A DNA stretch of 64,000 nucleotides from an uncultured Leptospira sp. (GCA_964509195.1 CAZDWJ010000008.1:61190-125189), one strand, 5' to 3'; shown: positions 8,428 to 19,128, counted from the first letter of the stretch. Notes: a model not told the origin generated them from the sequence alone. A program made the numbers and translations.

Positions 8428-9939
8428 TTATGTAGTGCTAGTTTTTTCTGGTATAAAGAAAAATGCCAGCAATACTACCCCGCAAAATGTCAGATAATAC
8501 CCTGCCCATACTGAAGCCTCCGGAAATACGGAAGTAATAAAAAGATAATCCTGATTAATTGCCCACAGTAGAAATAAAAATAGGAAAATTCCTGTAACAA
8601 GCTGCAGAATCTGGAAGATGGAATATTTTTTTTGAATGAGTTTGAATTCACGAATTTTTAATAGTAGTCCTGTTACTAAACGATAAACCTGTAATAGCAG
8701 TGTTATAAATGCAACATACAGTATAACCCATAATGCATATTCTGCATATATAATTTTACTCATCCCAATGGTATCAAACCCAATCCATTTTGACCAATCA
8801 TTAAGGATATACGCAAAGAATGGCCAGCTTCGTTGACTGTTGGTTACTAGTACAATACCGTCACCAGTTTCAGGTAGTGAATGAAAGTGTGTCATCCACC
8901 CAGTTCCCTGGCCGCCATGTGATACAGCTTTTTTATTGTTTTTTGAAAATTCAATAAAATGCCCAAATCCATACCAGGGAAACGCAAAACCATACAAGCC
9001 TGGTATTTTTATAGTAGGCTGATACATTTTGTGAATAAATTCATTGCTCATTATTTTTAAGCCGATGGTATTGTACTTTGTCGTACCCGCAGTCACAAAC
9101 AGTGCAATATCCTCAACAGTTGAAAATAACCCGCCAGCTCCTTTTTCCGGATATACATACTCGGGGATTGCTGTTCCATTAAGAGTATATCCTTTGGGGA
9201 ATGGGGTATAGTTGTTATTCCATTTATAGCTTGAATGTTTCATGCCTAAATTGTTTAAAACCTCTTTTTGCATAAAATCAGCAAAGGGCTGTTTTGTTAC
9301 TTCTTCTATAAGCAATTCAAGCAGATTAAATCCCGTATTGGAATATGAAAAAATTGAACCCGCTGGTGCTATCATAATTGCATCTTTATAAAGACTTTCT
9401 TTTAGTGTTGGTCGTGCTTCCTCTGGAGAATAACGTACTCCAATAGTACCAAGAGGCAGGCCTGCACTGTGGCTCAATAATTGTCGTATAGTTATTTTTT
9501 CAGGGTGGTATGCTGAAGGTGGAAATTCCCATGTTTTAAAATATTTTGCAACTGGTTCATCTAAATTTATTTTACCGTTATATGCTAATCTCATTACGCC
9601 CCATGTGGTTACTGATTTTGAAATTGATTCAACGCGGCATATTGTTCCTACTTTCATAGGGATTTTTTTTTCTTTGTCAGCATATCCGTATGCGTTTGAC
9701 CATATTATTTTTCCTTGCTTGATGATCGCAATATTCACTCCAGGAATCTTATATTTTCTCATTAGAAATTTCACCCGATGATCAAGGTGGTGAATGAAAT
9801 TTTTTTCAGTTGTATATGATGTTATATGGGGGGAAGTAATCAGATAAAAATTATTTAAAAATATATATACTGCAAGTAGTATTGAAAATGTTATTATCGA
9901 AAACAATGCTAGTGCTCTTTTTTTTATGTGATAGTTCAT
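8428..9939 (-). CDS. serine hydrolase (beta-lactamase/PBP4*-like family) with C-terminal membrane domain
   Basis: 503 aa. It has an N-terminal TM segment, an SxxK motif (VESISKSV), and several C-terminal hydrophobic helices. Confidence 0.75.
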   Translation of the reverse strand: MNYHIKKRALALFSIITFSILLAVYIFLNNFYLITSPHITSYTTEKNFIHHLDHRVKFLMRKYKIPGVNIAIIKQGKIIWSNAYGYADKEKKIPMKVGTICRVESISKSVTTWGVMRLAYNGKINLDEPVAKYFKTWEFPPSAYHPEKITIRQLLSHSAGLPLGTIGVRYSPEEARPTLKESLYKDAIMIAPAGSIFSYSNTGFNLLELLIEEVTKQPFADFMQKEVLNNLGMKHSSYKWNNNYTPFPKGYTLNGTAIPEYVYPEKGAGGLFSTVEDIALFVTAGTTKYNTIGLKIMSNEFIHKMYQPTIKIPGLYGFAFPWYGFGHFIEFSKNNKKAVSHGGQGTGWMTHFHSLPETGDGIVLVTNSQRSWPFFAYILNDWSKWIGFDTIGMSKIIYAEYALWVILYVAFITLLLQVYRLVTGLLLKIREFKLIQKKYSIFQILQLVTGIFLFLFLLWAINQDYLFITSVFPEASVWAGYYLTFCGVVLLAFFFIPEKTSTT

Positions 9940-9977
9940 GATGACACAGTCCCCCTTTCTATTATTTGCTATAGTGT

Positions 9978-12134
9978 TTATAATACTTTTTTTCTTATTG
10001 CGAATTGTTTTTTTTCGTGTGATATCGATTGCAATGTGTCTATCTGAGACATTATTTTTGTTAACGTCTTTGTGAGTGCTTCAGTATTTTCATATACGGA
10101 ATTGGTTATTTCAACAAGTTGATTTATAGTAGATGTTATCTGGCTAAGTGTAATTTTTTCCTCCTGTGTTGCAGTTGTTATCTGTGAAGAACCCTGCAAC
10201 ACGACTACCATATTCTCTTCAATGCTTTTAGTCAATTGCTCCTGAGACATACAAAAATCAAGGATAGTGTCTATTGCGTGATTAACCATATACACAGAAC
10301 GCTCAACATCTTCATTTGAATACACCACTGTGCCCATAAGTATTGTCTGGGTTTCAATATCAGAAACTATCTCAGATAAAATTGCCTGAATACTTTTTGA
10401 TTGTTCTAATGATCTATCAGCTAATTTTCCAATTTCATCAGCAACTACAGCAAAGCCCCGGCCATACTCGCCTGCACGTGCGGCCTCAATCGAAGCATTG
10501 AGTGATAAAAGGTTTGTCTTTTCCGCAATATCATTAATGGTTTCAGTTATCTTAAGTATGGTATCAGAATAATTTTTTATTTTTTCTATACCTCTAAGTG
10601 CTTCTGAAAGATGTTCCTTTGTTACCGCAGTTTGGCCTTGGCTTTTGTAACTGAGCTTAACTGCCGTTTTGGCAGCATCGGTAATATGGTTGATGCCTTT
10701 GATTAATTCCATCAGAAGTTCCTTGTTTTTATTAAGCACTGTATCCTGATGCTGTGAGTTAGATGCAATAATATCTACTGTTGATGAAAATTCCTCCAGT
10801 GCTGCTGATGTCTGCTCTATACTAGATGTTTGGTCATGCATGCTGTGTTGCAGAACCTGTGCTGAACGTTCAACTTCCTTTGCAACCTGCTGTAATTCTG
10901 CAATTGACTGATTAATTTTTTGTAAGATTTGTATCAAATCTGCATTCTTTTTTTCAATGTATAGTTTTGAATCAAGGAGTTCCTCAGCAAGTGTTGCGGA
11001 TCGTTGAGACAGTATGGCACCTATACCTAAAATTAGTGCCGGATAACCTAAATTAAGCCAGAAAAAATTTGCATACAATACACCTGAAACAGCAAGTGAA
11101 TCATGTGCTACACATAGCATCATAAAAAGGTACGGGATTAACAGTGTTTTAGCTTCCTTTTGATTTTTTCGTATGCCTTTTATAATGAGTATTCCCCACA
11201 GTATCTGAACGGTAAGCCCAAAGGTTCCTATGACCTCAAACCTCCAGCCTGTAACAGGATCGTTTTCTGTTGCTGAAAGGCTTAGAATGATCATGCATGC
11301 AGCTGTAACTGTAATCACAATCCTGAGTGTTTTGTTAAAACTGGCTGTCACATTTTCAAAGAAGAAATATACAACGATAGCAATAACTGCAGTCAGGGCG
11401 TAGTATATTTTATCCTGTGTATTGAAATCAATAATCCAAAAATGCGGTAAGTAAAAATGCATTGCACTTACACACCACACTAGCGAAATAATTGCAAAAT
11501 ACAGTGTCAGCTTATCTTTGTTTTTCAAATAAAAATACAAAGCAATAATGCCTAAAATAAATGTGAGAAAACTTGTAGCAAGTGGTATATATTCGGCAAG
11601 TAAGGAACGGTAAAAATTTATTACTTTAGCATTAGACAGTGTGGTAATTAAAGGTACTCCATTATATTCAGCATTCTGGTTACTGAACACTCTTATGGCA
11701 ATAACATTTGGCTGGTTATAATTAATGATATGTGAAGGAATACTATAATACCTGAAACTGTTCCATTCAGAGTGGAAGTTTGGGTATTCGCTGCCAGCAG
11801 AGCCAATTTTGTAGCCATTGAAGAAAGTTTGTTCCACATCCCACACTTTGCCTAGTACAAATGCAATGTCATGCTTTTTAAATGATTCTGGTATTACTAC
11901 TGATTTCCTGAGCCATAGATACTGTTTTGTTTTTTTAGGCGATAGTTTCCCGGGAAGGGTAATTGGTTGCAGTGATGAATCATCAAATCCAGGATTTACA
12001 ATTGAAGAATTGTCGCCAGAATATATCTTCCAGTCAGAGTGAATGTCAATAACTGGAACGCCTGTATCACAGCCAGCAGTAATAAGCAAAAATATGAATA
12101 TGGTTATATACTGAAGTAAGATAGATACCTTCAT
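9978..12134 (-). CDS. methyl-accepting chemotaxis protein with 7TMR-DISM sensor module
   Basis: The C-terminal MCP signalling hairpin is [40 protein letters not shown]. The central region has seven hydrophobic helices, and the N-terminal extracytoplasmic domain is 7TMR-DISMED2-like. The likely start is the ATG at 12134 (MKVSILL..., lipobox-like ITAGC, AGGAA SD). The track extends the ORF to 12227. Confidence 0.8.
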   Translation of the reverse strand: MKVSILLQYITIFIFLLITAGCDTGVPVIDIHSDWKIYSGDNSSIVNPGFDDSSLQPITLPGKLSPKKTKQYLWLRKSVVIPESFKKHDIAFVLGKVWDVEQTFFNGYKIGSAGSEYPNFHSEWNSFRYYSIPSHIINYNQPNVIAIRVFSNQNAEYNGVPLITTLSNAKVINFYRSLLAEYIPLATSFLTFILGIIALYFYLKNKDKLTLYFAIISLVWCVSAMHFYLPHFWIIDFNTQDKIYYALTAVIAIVVYFFFENVTASFNKTLRIVITVTAACMIILSLSATENDPVTGWRFEVIGTFGLTVQILWGILIIKGIRKNQKEAKTLLIPYLFMMLCVAHDSLAVSGVLYANFFWLNLGYPALILGIGAILSQRSATLAEELLDSKLYIEKKNADLIQILQKINQSIAELQQVAKEVERSAQVLQHSMHDQTSSIEQTSAALEEFSSTVDIIASNSQHQDTVLNKNKELLMELIKGINHITDAAKTAVKLSYKSQGQTAVTKEHLSEALRGIEKIKNYSDTILKITETINDIAEKTNLLSLNASIEAARAGEYGRGFAVVADEIGKLADRSLEQSKSIQAILSEIVSDIETQTILMGTVVYSNEDVERSVYMVNHAIDTILDFCMSQEQLTKSIEENMVVVLQGSSQITTATQEEKITLSQITSTINQLVEITNSVYENTEALTKTLTKIMSQIDTLQSISHEKKQFAIRKKVL

Positions 12135-12274
12135 TAGTATTCCTAAAAATAAACTGGTGAGATAAATCGCTGTGAATTTTTTATCAAATACAAACGAATA
12201 TGTCAACAATATAAAAAGGAGTGTCAATATAAATTTTATCTTTATCTAACAAAGAAGTCATACTACATAGAAAT

Positions 12275-12291
12275 GGGGTGCACCGCACCCC
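12275..12291 (-). terminator. GC-rich hairpin downstream of the zinc metallopeptidase gene
   Basis: GGGGTGC-ACC-GCACCCC lies 29 nt after the stop at 12320. On the minus strand it is followed by ATTTCTAT. Confidence 0.5.
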
Positions 12292-12319
12292 ATCTGCATT
12301 CTAACTTTGTTTGCTTTAT

Positions 12320-13018
12320 TTACTCATCTCTTCCACCAAGCAGTCCAGCTCTGATAAGGAAATACAACAGTGTCACTATTGCGGAAGCTGCAGCTGCCAC
12401 ATAGGTCATGGCGGCAGCGGAAAGCACTTTACTTACTCCTGCAAGTTCACCAGAGCTTACAATGCCATAGCCCTGAAGTATTTCCTTTGCACGGGATGAC
12501 GCGTTGAATTCAACCGGCAATGTAATAAGCTGGAACACCACCACTAAACTGAAGAGCAATATCCCAAGCTTAACAAGCCCAAGTGATCCCATGATAAACC
12601 CTGCAAAGATGATGATCCATGAAAGGTTTGAACCAATTGATGCAGTTGGTGCAATTGCATTACGTAGCACAAGTGGGCTGTACTGTTTAGCATGCTGTAT
12701 GGCATGACCTGTTTCATGAGCCGCAACGCCAATTGCAGCCAGTGAATTGCTATTATATACCTCAGGCGAAAGCCTTACTACTTTCTTGATTGGGTCATAG
12801 TGATCTGATAAAAATCCAGTGGTTTCTTCAACAGGTATATGGGACAATCCATTTCGCTGTAGAATGATTCGTGCAACATCAGCACCAGAGTACCCCGACC
12901 GTGATGGAATTTGAGAATATTTATTAAACGCACTTTTTACCCTGAACGATGCCCAAAGAGAAATAAGCAATACAGGAGCCATCATCATCCAGTATAAAGG
13001 GTCAATCCCAAAAAGCAT
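12320..13018 (-). CDS. zinc metallopeptidase (membrane, PF04298-like)
   Basis: 232 aa. It has the HExxH motif in AAHETGHAIQH and flanking TM helices. A GGAGG SD precedes it. Confidence 0.8.
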   Translation of the reverse strand: MLFGIDPLYWMMMAPVLLISLWASFRVKSAFNKYSQIPSRSGYSGADVARIILQRNGLSHIPVEETTGFLSDHYDPIKKVVRLSPEVYNSNSLAAIGVAAHETGHAIQHAKQYSPLVLRNAIAPTASIGSNLSWIIIFAGFIMGSLGLVKLGILLFSLVVVFQLITLPVEFNASSRAKEILQGYGIVSSGELAGVSKVLSAAAMTYVAAAASAIVTLLYFLIRAGLLGGRDE

Positions 13019-13212
13019 TTGTTACCTCCTTAAATGTTTTAGTATACTCAAGTATTAATGGTTCTATTAATGGTTCCTTCCAACACATCTTTACTTTACT
13101 ACATGCAATGTATAATATACAAAAATTCTTTACATATGCAAAGTATTTTTGTATCAATCCTTTTGTTTTTGTTACAAAATTATTACCAGTTTTATCTCCT
13201 GCTATTTTATAT

Positions 13213-13240
13213 TTGACAGTTACTGGAAATAGTATATATT
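13213..13240 (+). promoter_or_regulatory. sigma70-type promoter candidate for the TPR gene
   Basis: TTGACA (13213..13218), a 16-nt spacer, then TATATT (13235..13240), about 60 nt upstream of the ATG at 13300. Confidence 0.4.
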
Positions 13241-13299
13241 GTAATATACCTTTAATAACCAGGAATATCGCTTAATAATAGTATAAAGGAATTATTGCC

Positions 13300-15156
13300 A
13301 TGAAAAGATCCCTGCCCTTGTTGCTAAGTATTATACTTTCCTGTACCTCCGTTCAGAATGTTCAAAAGGGTAGTATAACTAAACCTGTTTATAAAGAAAC
13401 ATCATTTGAGTTGTACAGTAGAGCGTTATTGCTAAAAAATGAAAAGAATTACTCAGAGGCTATTTCCCTTTTTGAAGAAGCAAGCAAAGAAGGCAGGGAG
13501 TTAGATGCCATTTATTATCAGATTGCTGAATGTTATTATTATCTGTATGATTATGAAAAGGCGATAGATTATGCAAATAAATCAATAGCTATAAATGAAA
13601 ACTGGGATAAGCCTTACCTGTTGCAGTATTCAGTGTATATGAACCTGAATCAAATTGATGAAGGTACTTTAGTACTTGAAAAACTGTTACAGAAAAGACC
13701 TGAGTTGTACAGAGTTCGATTTAATCTGGCTACCGTCTATTATTCACAACTGAAACAGAATATTAAAGCCCGGTATCATTTTTTAAAAATTATCGAACAG
13801 AGTGAATTTGAATCAATTGAATCCTACTACAAAGAGCAATCATATTACTATTTGGGGCATATATATTACAGCTTTGGTGAATATAAAAAATCATATCACT
13901 TCTTTTCAAAGTCATATAATGAAAACCCCGAAAACCATTCCATGGTATATATACTTGGCCTTTTAAATCTTGAGAAAGGGGATATAACTCAGGCAACCAG
14001 CTTACTATCACAATATCTGGATCGCTATCCTAATGATCTCAAAGCCATATTGCATCTTGGCAGGATATATTATATCTATGAAGATATGAAAGCCTTGCAA
14101 GTGTTACGAAAGGCCATCCATCACAGGAGCTCTGAAGGGTTGCTGGCGCGAATGATGTATCTGGAACTTTTGCACAAAGATGATGAAGCTATGGAAATTG
14201 CTCAGAAATTAAAACGCATGAACAGCTCTCTAGATATGCCATATATTACAATAGCGCGTATTGCAATGAGGAAGCAGGACACTGCTACTGCTGCATCAAA
14301 TTTTTATACTGCCGGAGTATTGTTATATCAGAAAAAAGATAATAATGCAGCCATACCCATGTTTATCAAGGCACTGGGGATGGACCAAAATATACAGGAG
14401 GCAAATCTCTACTTAGGTCAAATATATGAAGATTTAAACCAGCTTAATACAGCCATCTATTATTATACTAAAGCAAAAACATCTAAAAATGAAAAAGACA
14501 TTTTACTGAGAGTAGGATATCTGTATGCACTGTTGAAGGATTATACTAAAGCATTTGAATATATGAATGCAGCGCAGGCAATGGATACAAAATATCCTGA
14601 TGCATATTTTTTCAAAGGTCTGGTATATTTAAAGAAAAATAGTTATAGTGAAGCTGAAGATATGTTGCGCAAAGCGGTTAATTTAAAAAAGGATGAAATG
14701 TATTATTTTTACTTAGCATCAGTTCTTGATAAACAGAAAAGAGTGCAGGATACTATCGCCATACTCCAGGAAGCCTGCGATAATGAGCTAAAAAGTGCCC
14801 GTATATGCAACTACCTTGGCTATTTATATGCAGATAATGGCATAAAATTAGATGAATCATATACGCTTATCAGTAGGGCCCTGGAAAGCGAACCAACCAA
14901 CGGTGCATATCTTGATTCGCTGGGGTGGGTATATTATAAAATGGGGAAATATCATGATGCGCTGCCATTATTACTTGAAGCTGCACAGGAATTGGAATTG
15001 GAAGGATACCCTGATGCAGTAGTGTATGAACATATAGGTGATGCCTACAATGCACTGCAATTACAGGATAAAGCTGTTGAGTACTGGAATAAATCATACA
15101 CTCTTGACCCAAAACCTGAAGTGCAAAGAAAGATACATACTCAGAAAGGGAAGTAA
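13300..15156 (+). CDS. tetratricopeptide repeat lipoprotein
   Basis: 618 aa. It has a signal peptide with lipobox LSIILSCTS and many TPR-like A/Y/L-patterned repeats. Confidence 0.75.
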   Translation: MKRSLPLLLSIILSCTSVQNVQKGSITKPVYKETSFELYSRALLLKNEKNYSEAISLFEEASKEGRELDAIYYQIAECYYYLYDYEKAIDYANKSIAINENWDKPYLLQYSVYMNLNQIDEGTLVLEKLLQKRPELYRVRFNLATVYYSQLKQNIKARYHFLKIIEQSEFESIESYYKEQSYYYLGHIYYSFGEYKKSYHFFSKSYNENPENHSMVYILGLLNLEKGDITQATSLLSQYLDRYPNDLKAILHLGRIYYIYEDMKALQVLRKAIHHRSSEGLLARMMYLELLHKDDEAMEIAQKLKRMNSSLDMPYITIARIAMRKQDTATAASNFYTAGVLLYQKKDNNAAIPMFIKALGMDQNIQEANLYLGQIYEDLNQLNTAIYYYTKAKTSKNEKDILLRVGYLYALLKDYTKAFEYMNAAQAMDTKYPDAYFFKGLVYLKKNSYSEAEDMLRKAVNLKKDEMYYFYLASVLDKQKRVQDTIAILQEACDNELKSARICNYLGYLYADNGIKLDESYTLISRALESEPTNGAYLDSLGWVYYKMGKYHDALPLLLEAAQELELEGYPDAVVYEHIGDAYNALQLQDKAVEYWNKSYTLDPKPEVQRKIHTQKGK

Positions 15157-15163
15157 TGATACC

Positions 15164-15955
15164 ATGATTGCAATATATAAGAACAAATTACTGCCAATAG
15201 CCATATTATATTTAGTTGTCTTTTTGGGATGTACATCCACACCAGTGAAAGAAACTGAAAAAAAAGAAACTAATGCCATAGCACTTTTAGAAAAAATAAT
15301 ACAATTAAATGCCACGTTGCCGCATACAGTGTCTGCGTCGTTCAGGATTGAGAGCATGTCCAAAAATAGTTTCAAGACTTCGGCAAAATTGCAGTATAAC
15401 GTGGATACAAAGAAAGCACGAATGTCAATTGTGGATTCGGTATTTGGCAGCCAGCTCAGTGTGGTAGTACGTGACAATGATACGCTGTACATTTATCAGC
15501 CTATTGATAATAACTTGCTTGTGTTTGATTATTCTAAGTTCCCAGTGCACTCATTCCTGCCGTTTGATATAGATGTTGAACTTATTGATAATCTTTTAAT
15601 AGGGAAAATTCCATTGTTGAAAAATTACTATGCTACTAAAGCTTTAGAATCTGATGGTGAGCAATTTATACTGCTGGAAAATGATACAATGCATCAAACC
15701 ATATCAATGAAAAATGCTATGCTCACAAAGATTTTATTTGTGCAAAAAGGAAGCAATGCCCGATATGAGATATATTTTATTAAGCCAAAGGTAGAAAATA
15801 ATATCTTTACCTGTACTGCAATACGATTTGTTGATGTTACCGGTAAAACAACCTTTGAAGTGACCATGCAGCAGTACACTATTAATGCTAGTGTGCCTGA
15901 TGGGATTGCGGAATTGAAATTGCCCAAAAATACAAAAATAATAGATTACCGATAG
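15164..15955 (+). CDS. lipoprotein, LolB/DUF4292-like
   Basis: The ATG at 15164 lies 8 nt after the TPR gene stop. The product begins MIAIYKNKLLPIAILYLVVFLGCTS (lipobox). The track's longer ORF from 15038 would overlap the TPR gene by 119 nt. Confidence 0.6.
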   Translation: MIAIYKNKLLPIAILYLVVFLGCTSTPVKETEKKETNAIALLEKIIQLNATLPHTVSASFRIESMSKNSFKTSAKLQYNVDTKKARMSIVDSVFGSQLSVVVRDNDTLYIYQPIDNNLLVFDYSKFPVHSFLPFDIDVELIDNLLIGKIPLLKNYYATKALESDGEQFILLENDTMHQTISMKNAMLTKILFVQKGSNARYEIYFIKPKVENNIFTCTAIRFVDVTGKTTFEVTMQQYTINASVPDGIAELKLPKNTKIIDYR

Positions 15956-17181
15956 TACTCAGATATAATATTTTGATATATAGTTGCCATTTGCATAGCG
16001 GCATTGTCCCAGTTGAAAAGTGTTTTTACACGCTGAATACCCTTGTGCGATAGCTCCTGTAGCAATGTTCTGTTGTGTAGTAGCCTGTCGATGGCATTAG
16101 CCAGTGCCACCTCATCACGGGTAGGCACAACAACTCCAGCATCGCCAACCACTTCCCTCAACGCACCACCGTCACTGGCAATAACTGGTGTACCGCATGC
16201 CATAGCCTCGGCAGCAGGAAAGCCAAACCCCTCGTACACAGACGGCACAATGGCTATTGCAGCTTCATTATAGTGATGCACCAGCTCATCAGTTGAGGCG
16301 GCGCCTACAAATTCTACTTTAGTGCGTACACCTAATGTATCAACAAGCTTCTGGGTGATGCGTCGGTGTGGAGCACCACCATCAATCACTGTCAATGTGG
16401 CCTTGCTTTTAATAAGGGTCAGAGCTTTTAAAAGATATACAAATCCTTTTTTGCCATCTTCAACATTTCCAACAAACAAAAGCTTGTCTGGCTTTTTCTT
16501 AACATGTGGAAGTTTTCTAAAAATTGAGGTATCTAACCCATTATATACCACTGACTGTTTGTGAGGAGGAACGCCAAAATCTTTTGTAATTCTGTTTTTT
16601 GAATCTTCCGAAACTGTAATGATATGGTTAAGCCTTTTTGAAACAATTTGCTGCATTAAAATAGGATAAAACATGACGCCTTTTATTCTGTTAGTAAACG
16701 ATGATGCACGCTCAAGCACATTTTCTAGGTCAATAGTTAATGGATGATGGATAGTGGCTATTACAGGAATACCTAAGGCTTTCATAAAAAGAAGGCCATA
16801 GCCAATACACTGATTGTCATGAATGATGTCAAACTGGAGTTTTTGGTGGAGCTTTCGCAGCATAAAAAAAGCACGATAGCTGAAACCGCTTATTTCAGAG
16901 AACGCACCAAACCGTGAGTGGATATATTCGTATGCGTTAATAGGATTAAAAATATCAAATGGCTTATCCTGTGTGATGAATTCAAAACCTTTTTTGATAT
17001 AGTATTGATTATTTTCTATATAGTGAATGGTAACATTTTCCATTTTGTGTGGATAGGGAGGGCCCACAACTGCATGCACCTGATGCCCCTGACGGGCAAG
17101 AGCTTCCGCTACATATTTAAGGTAAATACCCTGTCCTCCGCAAAAAGGGTTTGCCCTGTAACACAAAAGGCATATCCTCAT
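15946..17181 (-). CDS. glycosyltransferase family 4
   Basis: 411 aa. It has a GT-B fold with C-terminal EGFGFPAAEAMACGTPVIASDGGALREVV. Confidence 0.85.
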   Translation of the reverse strand: MRICLLCYRANPFCGGQGIYLKYVAEALARQGHQVHAVVGPPYPHKMENVTIHYIENNQYYIKKGFEFITQDKPFDIFNPINAYEYIHSRFGAFSEISGFSYRAFFMLRKLHQKLQFDIIHDNQCIGYGLLFMKALGIPVIATIHHPLTIDLENVLERASSFTNRIKGVMFYPILMQQIVSKRLNHIITVSEDSKNRITKDFGVPPHKQSVVYNGLDTSIFRKLPHVKKKPDKLLFVGNVEDGKKGFVYLLKALTLIKSKATLTVIDGGAPHRRITQKLVDTLGVRTKVEFVGAASTDELVHHYNEAAIAIVPSVYEGFGFPAAEAMACGTPVIASDGGALREVVGDAGVVVPTRDEVALANAIDRLLHNRTLLQELSHKGIQRVKTLFNWDNAAMQMATIYQNIISEYYR

Positions 17182-17813
17182 ATACGTGGTGCTCCCACCT
17201 TTTGATACAGTGTGCTATGAGTGATAACCTTCTCAGGGTCAATATCTTTTATAATCCGTGCAGGATTACCTGCCACAACAACATTTGGCGGTACATCCTT
17301 TGTTACTACGGCACCTGCGCCAACAACAGAGTTTTCGCCTATATGCACACCTTTGCAAATAATAGCAGAATCACCAATCCAAACACCCTTTTCAAGAATA
17401 ATTGGTGCAGTTTTGCCAATAGGATTGGTGCGGTCATGTATGTCATGCCAGTCGGCATCAGTAAGATAGCAAAAGTTTGCTAGCATACAGTCATCACCAA
17501 TAATAATATGCGATGCACTGCTGATGCGCACACCGTTCATAACAAGCACATTATTGCCAATATCAATACGCCCTTCGTGCCCGGCCAGCCTTACAGTTGT
17601 TAACGCAGTTTTGCTGCCATTTGCAGCCAAAAAGACCACATTTTTTCCAAGGTGTATGTTGGGACCATATATATCGATATTCCATAAGCCCCACACAATG
17701 GGATTACCTGCAATGGAAGCAAATTTCTTTTTATACGATAGCTCCCAGTATAAACGGGTTTTTATGTTAAACACCAATCGTTTGAATGCTGATACTTTGA
17801 GATAGTTTTCCAT
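17178..17813 (-). CDS. hexapeptide-repeat (LbH) acetyltransferase
   Basis: 211 aa. The left-handed beta-helix repeats read IGDSAIICKGVHIGENSVVGAGAVVTKDVPPNVVVAGNPARII. A 4-nt overlap with the downstream GT4 gene implies an operon. Confidence 0.8.
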   Translation of the reverse strand: MENYLKVSAFKRLVFNIKTRLYWELSYKKKFASIAGNPIVWGLWNIDIYGPNIHLGKNVVFLAANGSKTALTTVRLAGHEGRIDIGNNVLVMNGVRISSASHIIIGDDCMLANFCYLTDADWHDIHDRTNPIGKTAPIILEKGVWIGDSAIICKGVHIGENSVVGAGAVVTKDVPPNVVVAGNPARIIKDIDPEKVITHSTLYQKVGAPRI

Positions 17814-17889
17814 AAAAAGTCCTTGTTTTAGTGATTACAGGCACACTATTCAAATTTGATACACCGTCAAGAGAATTTTTATTGTTCAA

Positions 17890-17926
17890 ATAGAAAACCA
17901 ACTGGTAAAATTATATCCCAGTTGGT
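17890..17926 (-). terminator. intrinsic terminator of the OMP gene
   Basis: Stem ACCAACTGG (17897..17905) / CCAGTTGGT (17918..17926). On the minus strand it is followed by TTTTCTATTT. Confidence 0.6.
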
Positions 17927-17971
17927 GTGCATTGTAAAAAATAATTGTTACAGTGATAATGATTTGCGCGT

Positions 17972-18796
17972 TTACAATTTTGTACTTACACCAAAGTCAG
18001 CCCACAGGTGATTTTTTAATTTGCTGGCTTTGCCATTGGCATCACCATCATAGTCAATAAAAAAGTCTCTTGCAATTGTGCGTGCATAATTTACTGCCGA
18101 AAAGAACGTAATGCCTTGATAATCATAAAGTGATGAAAATGTTACTCCGCTGTCACTGAAGCCTTTCCTATCAAAATAGGCATTATTGTAGTATGCTATC
18201 CATATGCCGGCTTTAAATGTAAAATTGTTTGCATTCACCAAATCTTTAAAAAGAGTACCTTTAATATATAGGTCCTGATTGACTGGTGTTTCATCGGCCG
18301 TTTCTTCCACATAGTAATCATAGTATACTTCAAGGGTAGGCACAAAATATGAACTATAACTTGCAATTACATATCCTTCAAAGAAGGATGGATCAACTGT
18401 TGCACCTGCACTATCATAAAATGGATAATGAGTATATTTTACTCCAATAGTGCTACTCAATGAATCTTTACTGTAAGCATATTCAATACCGTAGTCAAAC
18501 TCATGATATGTTTTAGCAAGTTTTCTATCACCTTTTTCAGTTGCCATCAAGTAATCCTGGTTGATACCCACAGTAACATATGCTGTTACTCCACTCAATT
18601 CCAGTCCCACTTTTGGCCATAGAACTCCAGCACCCTTGCCATTTAACTCAATACCACGCCACCAGTAGATACTGTTATAGGTAATGCTGAGCGGAAAATA
18701 TAATTTTTTTTCATCTGAGTAGCTTTTACCTGTAACAATAAAGAGACATGTTACACTAAACAAACATAGAATAAGTGTACTGATACTTTTTTTCAT
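17972..18796 (-). CDS. putative outer-membrane beta-barrel protein
   Basis: 274 aa. It has a signal peptide (MKKSISTLILCLFSVTCLF) and an alternating aromatic/hydrophilic beta-strand pattern rich in Y/G/D. The family is not identified. Confidence 0.5.
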   Translation of the reverse strand: MKKSISTLILCLFSVTCLFIVTGKSYSDEKKLYFPLSITYNSIYWWRGIELNGKGAGVLWPKVGLELSGVTAYVTVGINQDYLMATEKGDRKLAKTYHEFDYGIEYAYSKDSLSSTIGVKYTHYPFYDSAGATVDPSFFEGYVIASYSSYFVPTLEVYYDYYVEETADETPVNQDLYIKGTLFKDLVNANNFTFKAGIWIAYYNNAYFDRKGFSDSGVTFSSLYDYQGITFFSAVNYARTIARDFFIDYDGDANGKASKLKNHLWADFGVSTKL

Positions 18797-18830
18797 AATA
18801 AACTCCTTTTAAAAAATTTTAAATTTTACA

Positions 18831-18856
18831 ACGCACATATATGTGCGTTTTTTTTA
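18831..18856. repeat. perfect 20-bp palindrome followed by a T8 run
   Basis: AACGCACATATATGTGCGTT (18831..18850) runs into TTTTTTTT on the + strand. It lies 35 nt upstream of the minus-strand OMP start and next to a TGnTAAAAT extended -10 on the minus strand. Confidence 0.8.
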
Positions 18857-19069
18857 TAGTTAGAAAATAATAATGTTGTCAACAACTGGCTATTTCCCGG
18901 GAGGTTTTAATAGGGTTATTTAACATAGTAGAAATATATATGTAATCTTACTGTAATAAATGGTTTAAGAATACGGTAGCGTTGTGATGTTTTTTATATT
19001 ACTATCCGGATTTACTATGGGGCTGTCCTACAAGTTGTCGTTGTGTAAATGTCGCAAACATTTTATTGT

Positions 19070-19128
19070 AAAAACGCTCATTTGGATATAATTTTGCCAC
19101 AATGCGTGGCAAAATTACTCAATGAGCG
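19070..19128 (-). terminator. compound hairpin terminator of the alpha/beta hydrolase gene
   Basis: The inner stem is a perfect 10 bp, ATTTTGCCAC (19091..19100) / GTGGCAAAAT (19106..19115). The outer 8-bp stem is CGCTCATT/AATGAGCG. On the minus strand it is followed by TTTTTA. Confidence 0.6.

Noticed and set aside
15038-15163. N-terminal extension of the lipoprotein ORF overlapping the TPR gene
   Set aside because: It would overlap the upstream gene by 119 nt. The ATG at 15164 gives a canonical lipoprotein signal peptide directly after the upstream stop.
19010-19060. GGGGCTG... start reminiscent of a tmRNA 5' end
   Set aside because: The similarity is limited to 7 nt. There is no tRNA-like acceptor/T-arm partner and no tag reading frame nearby.
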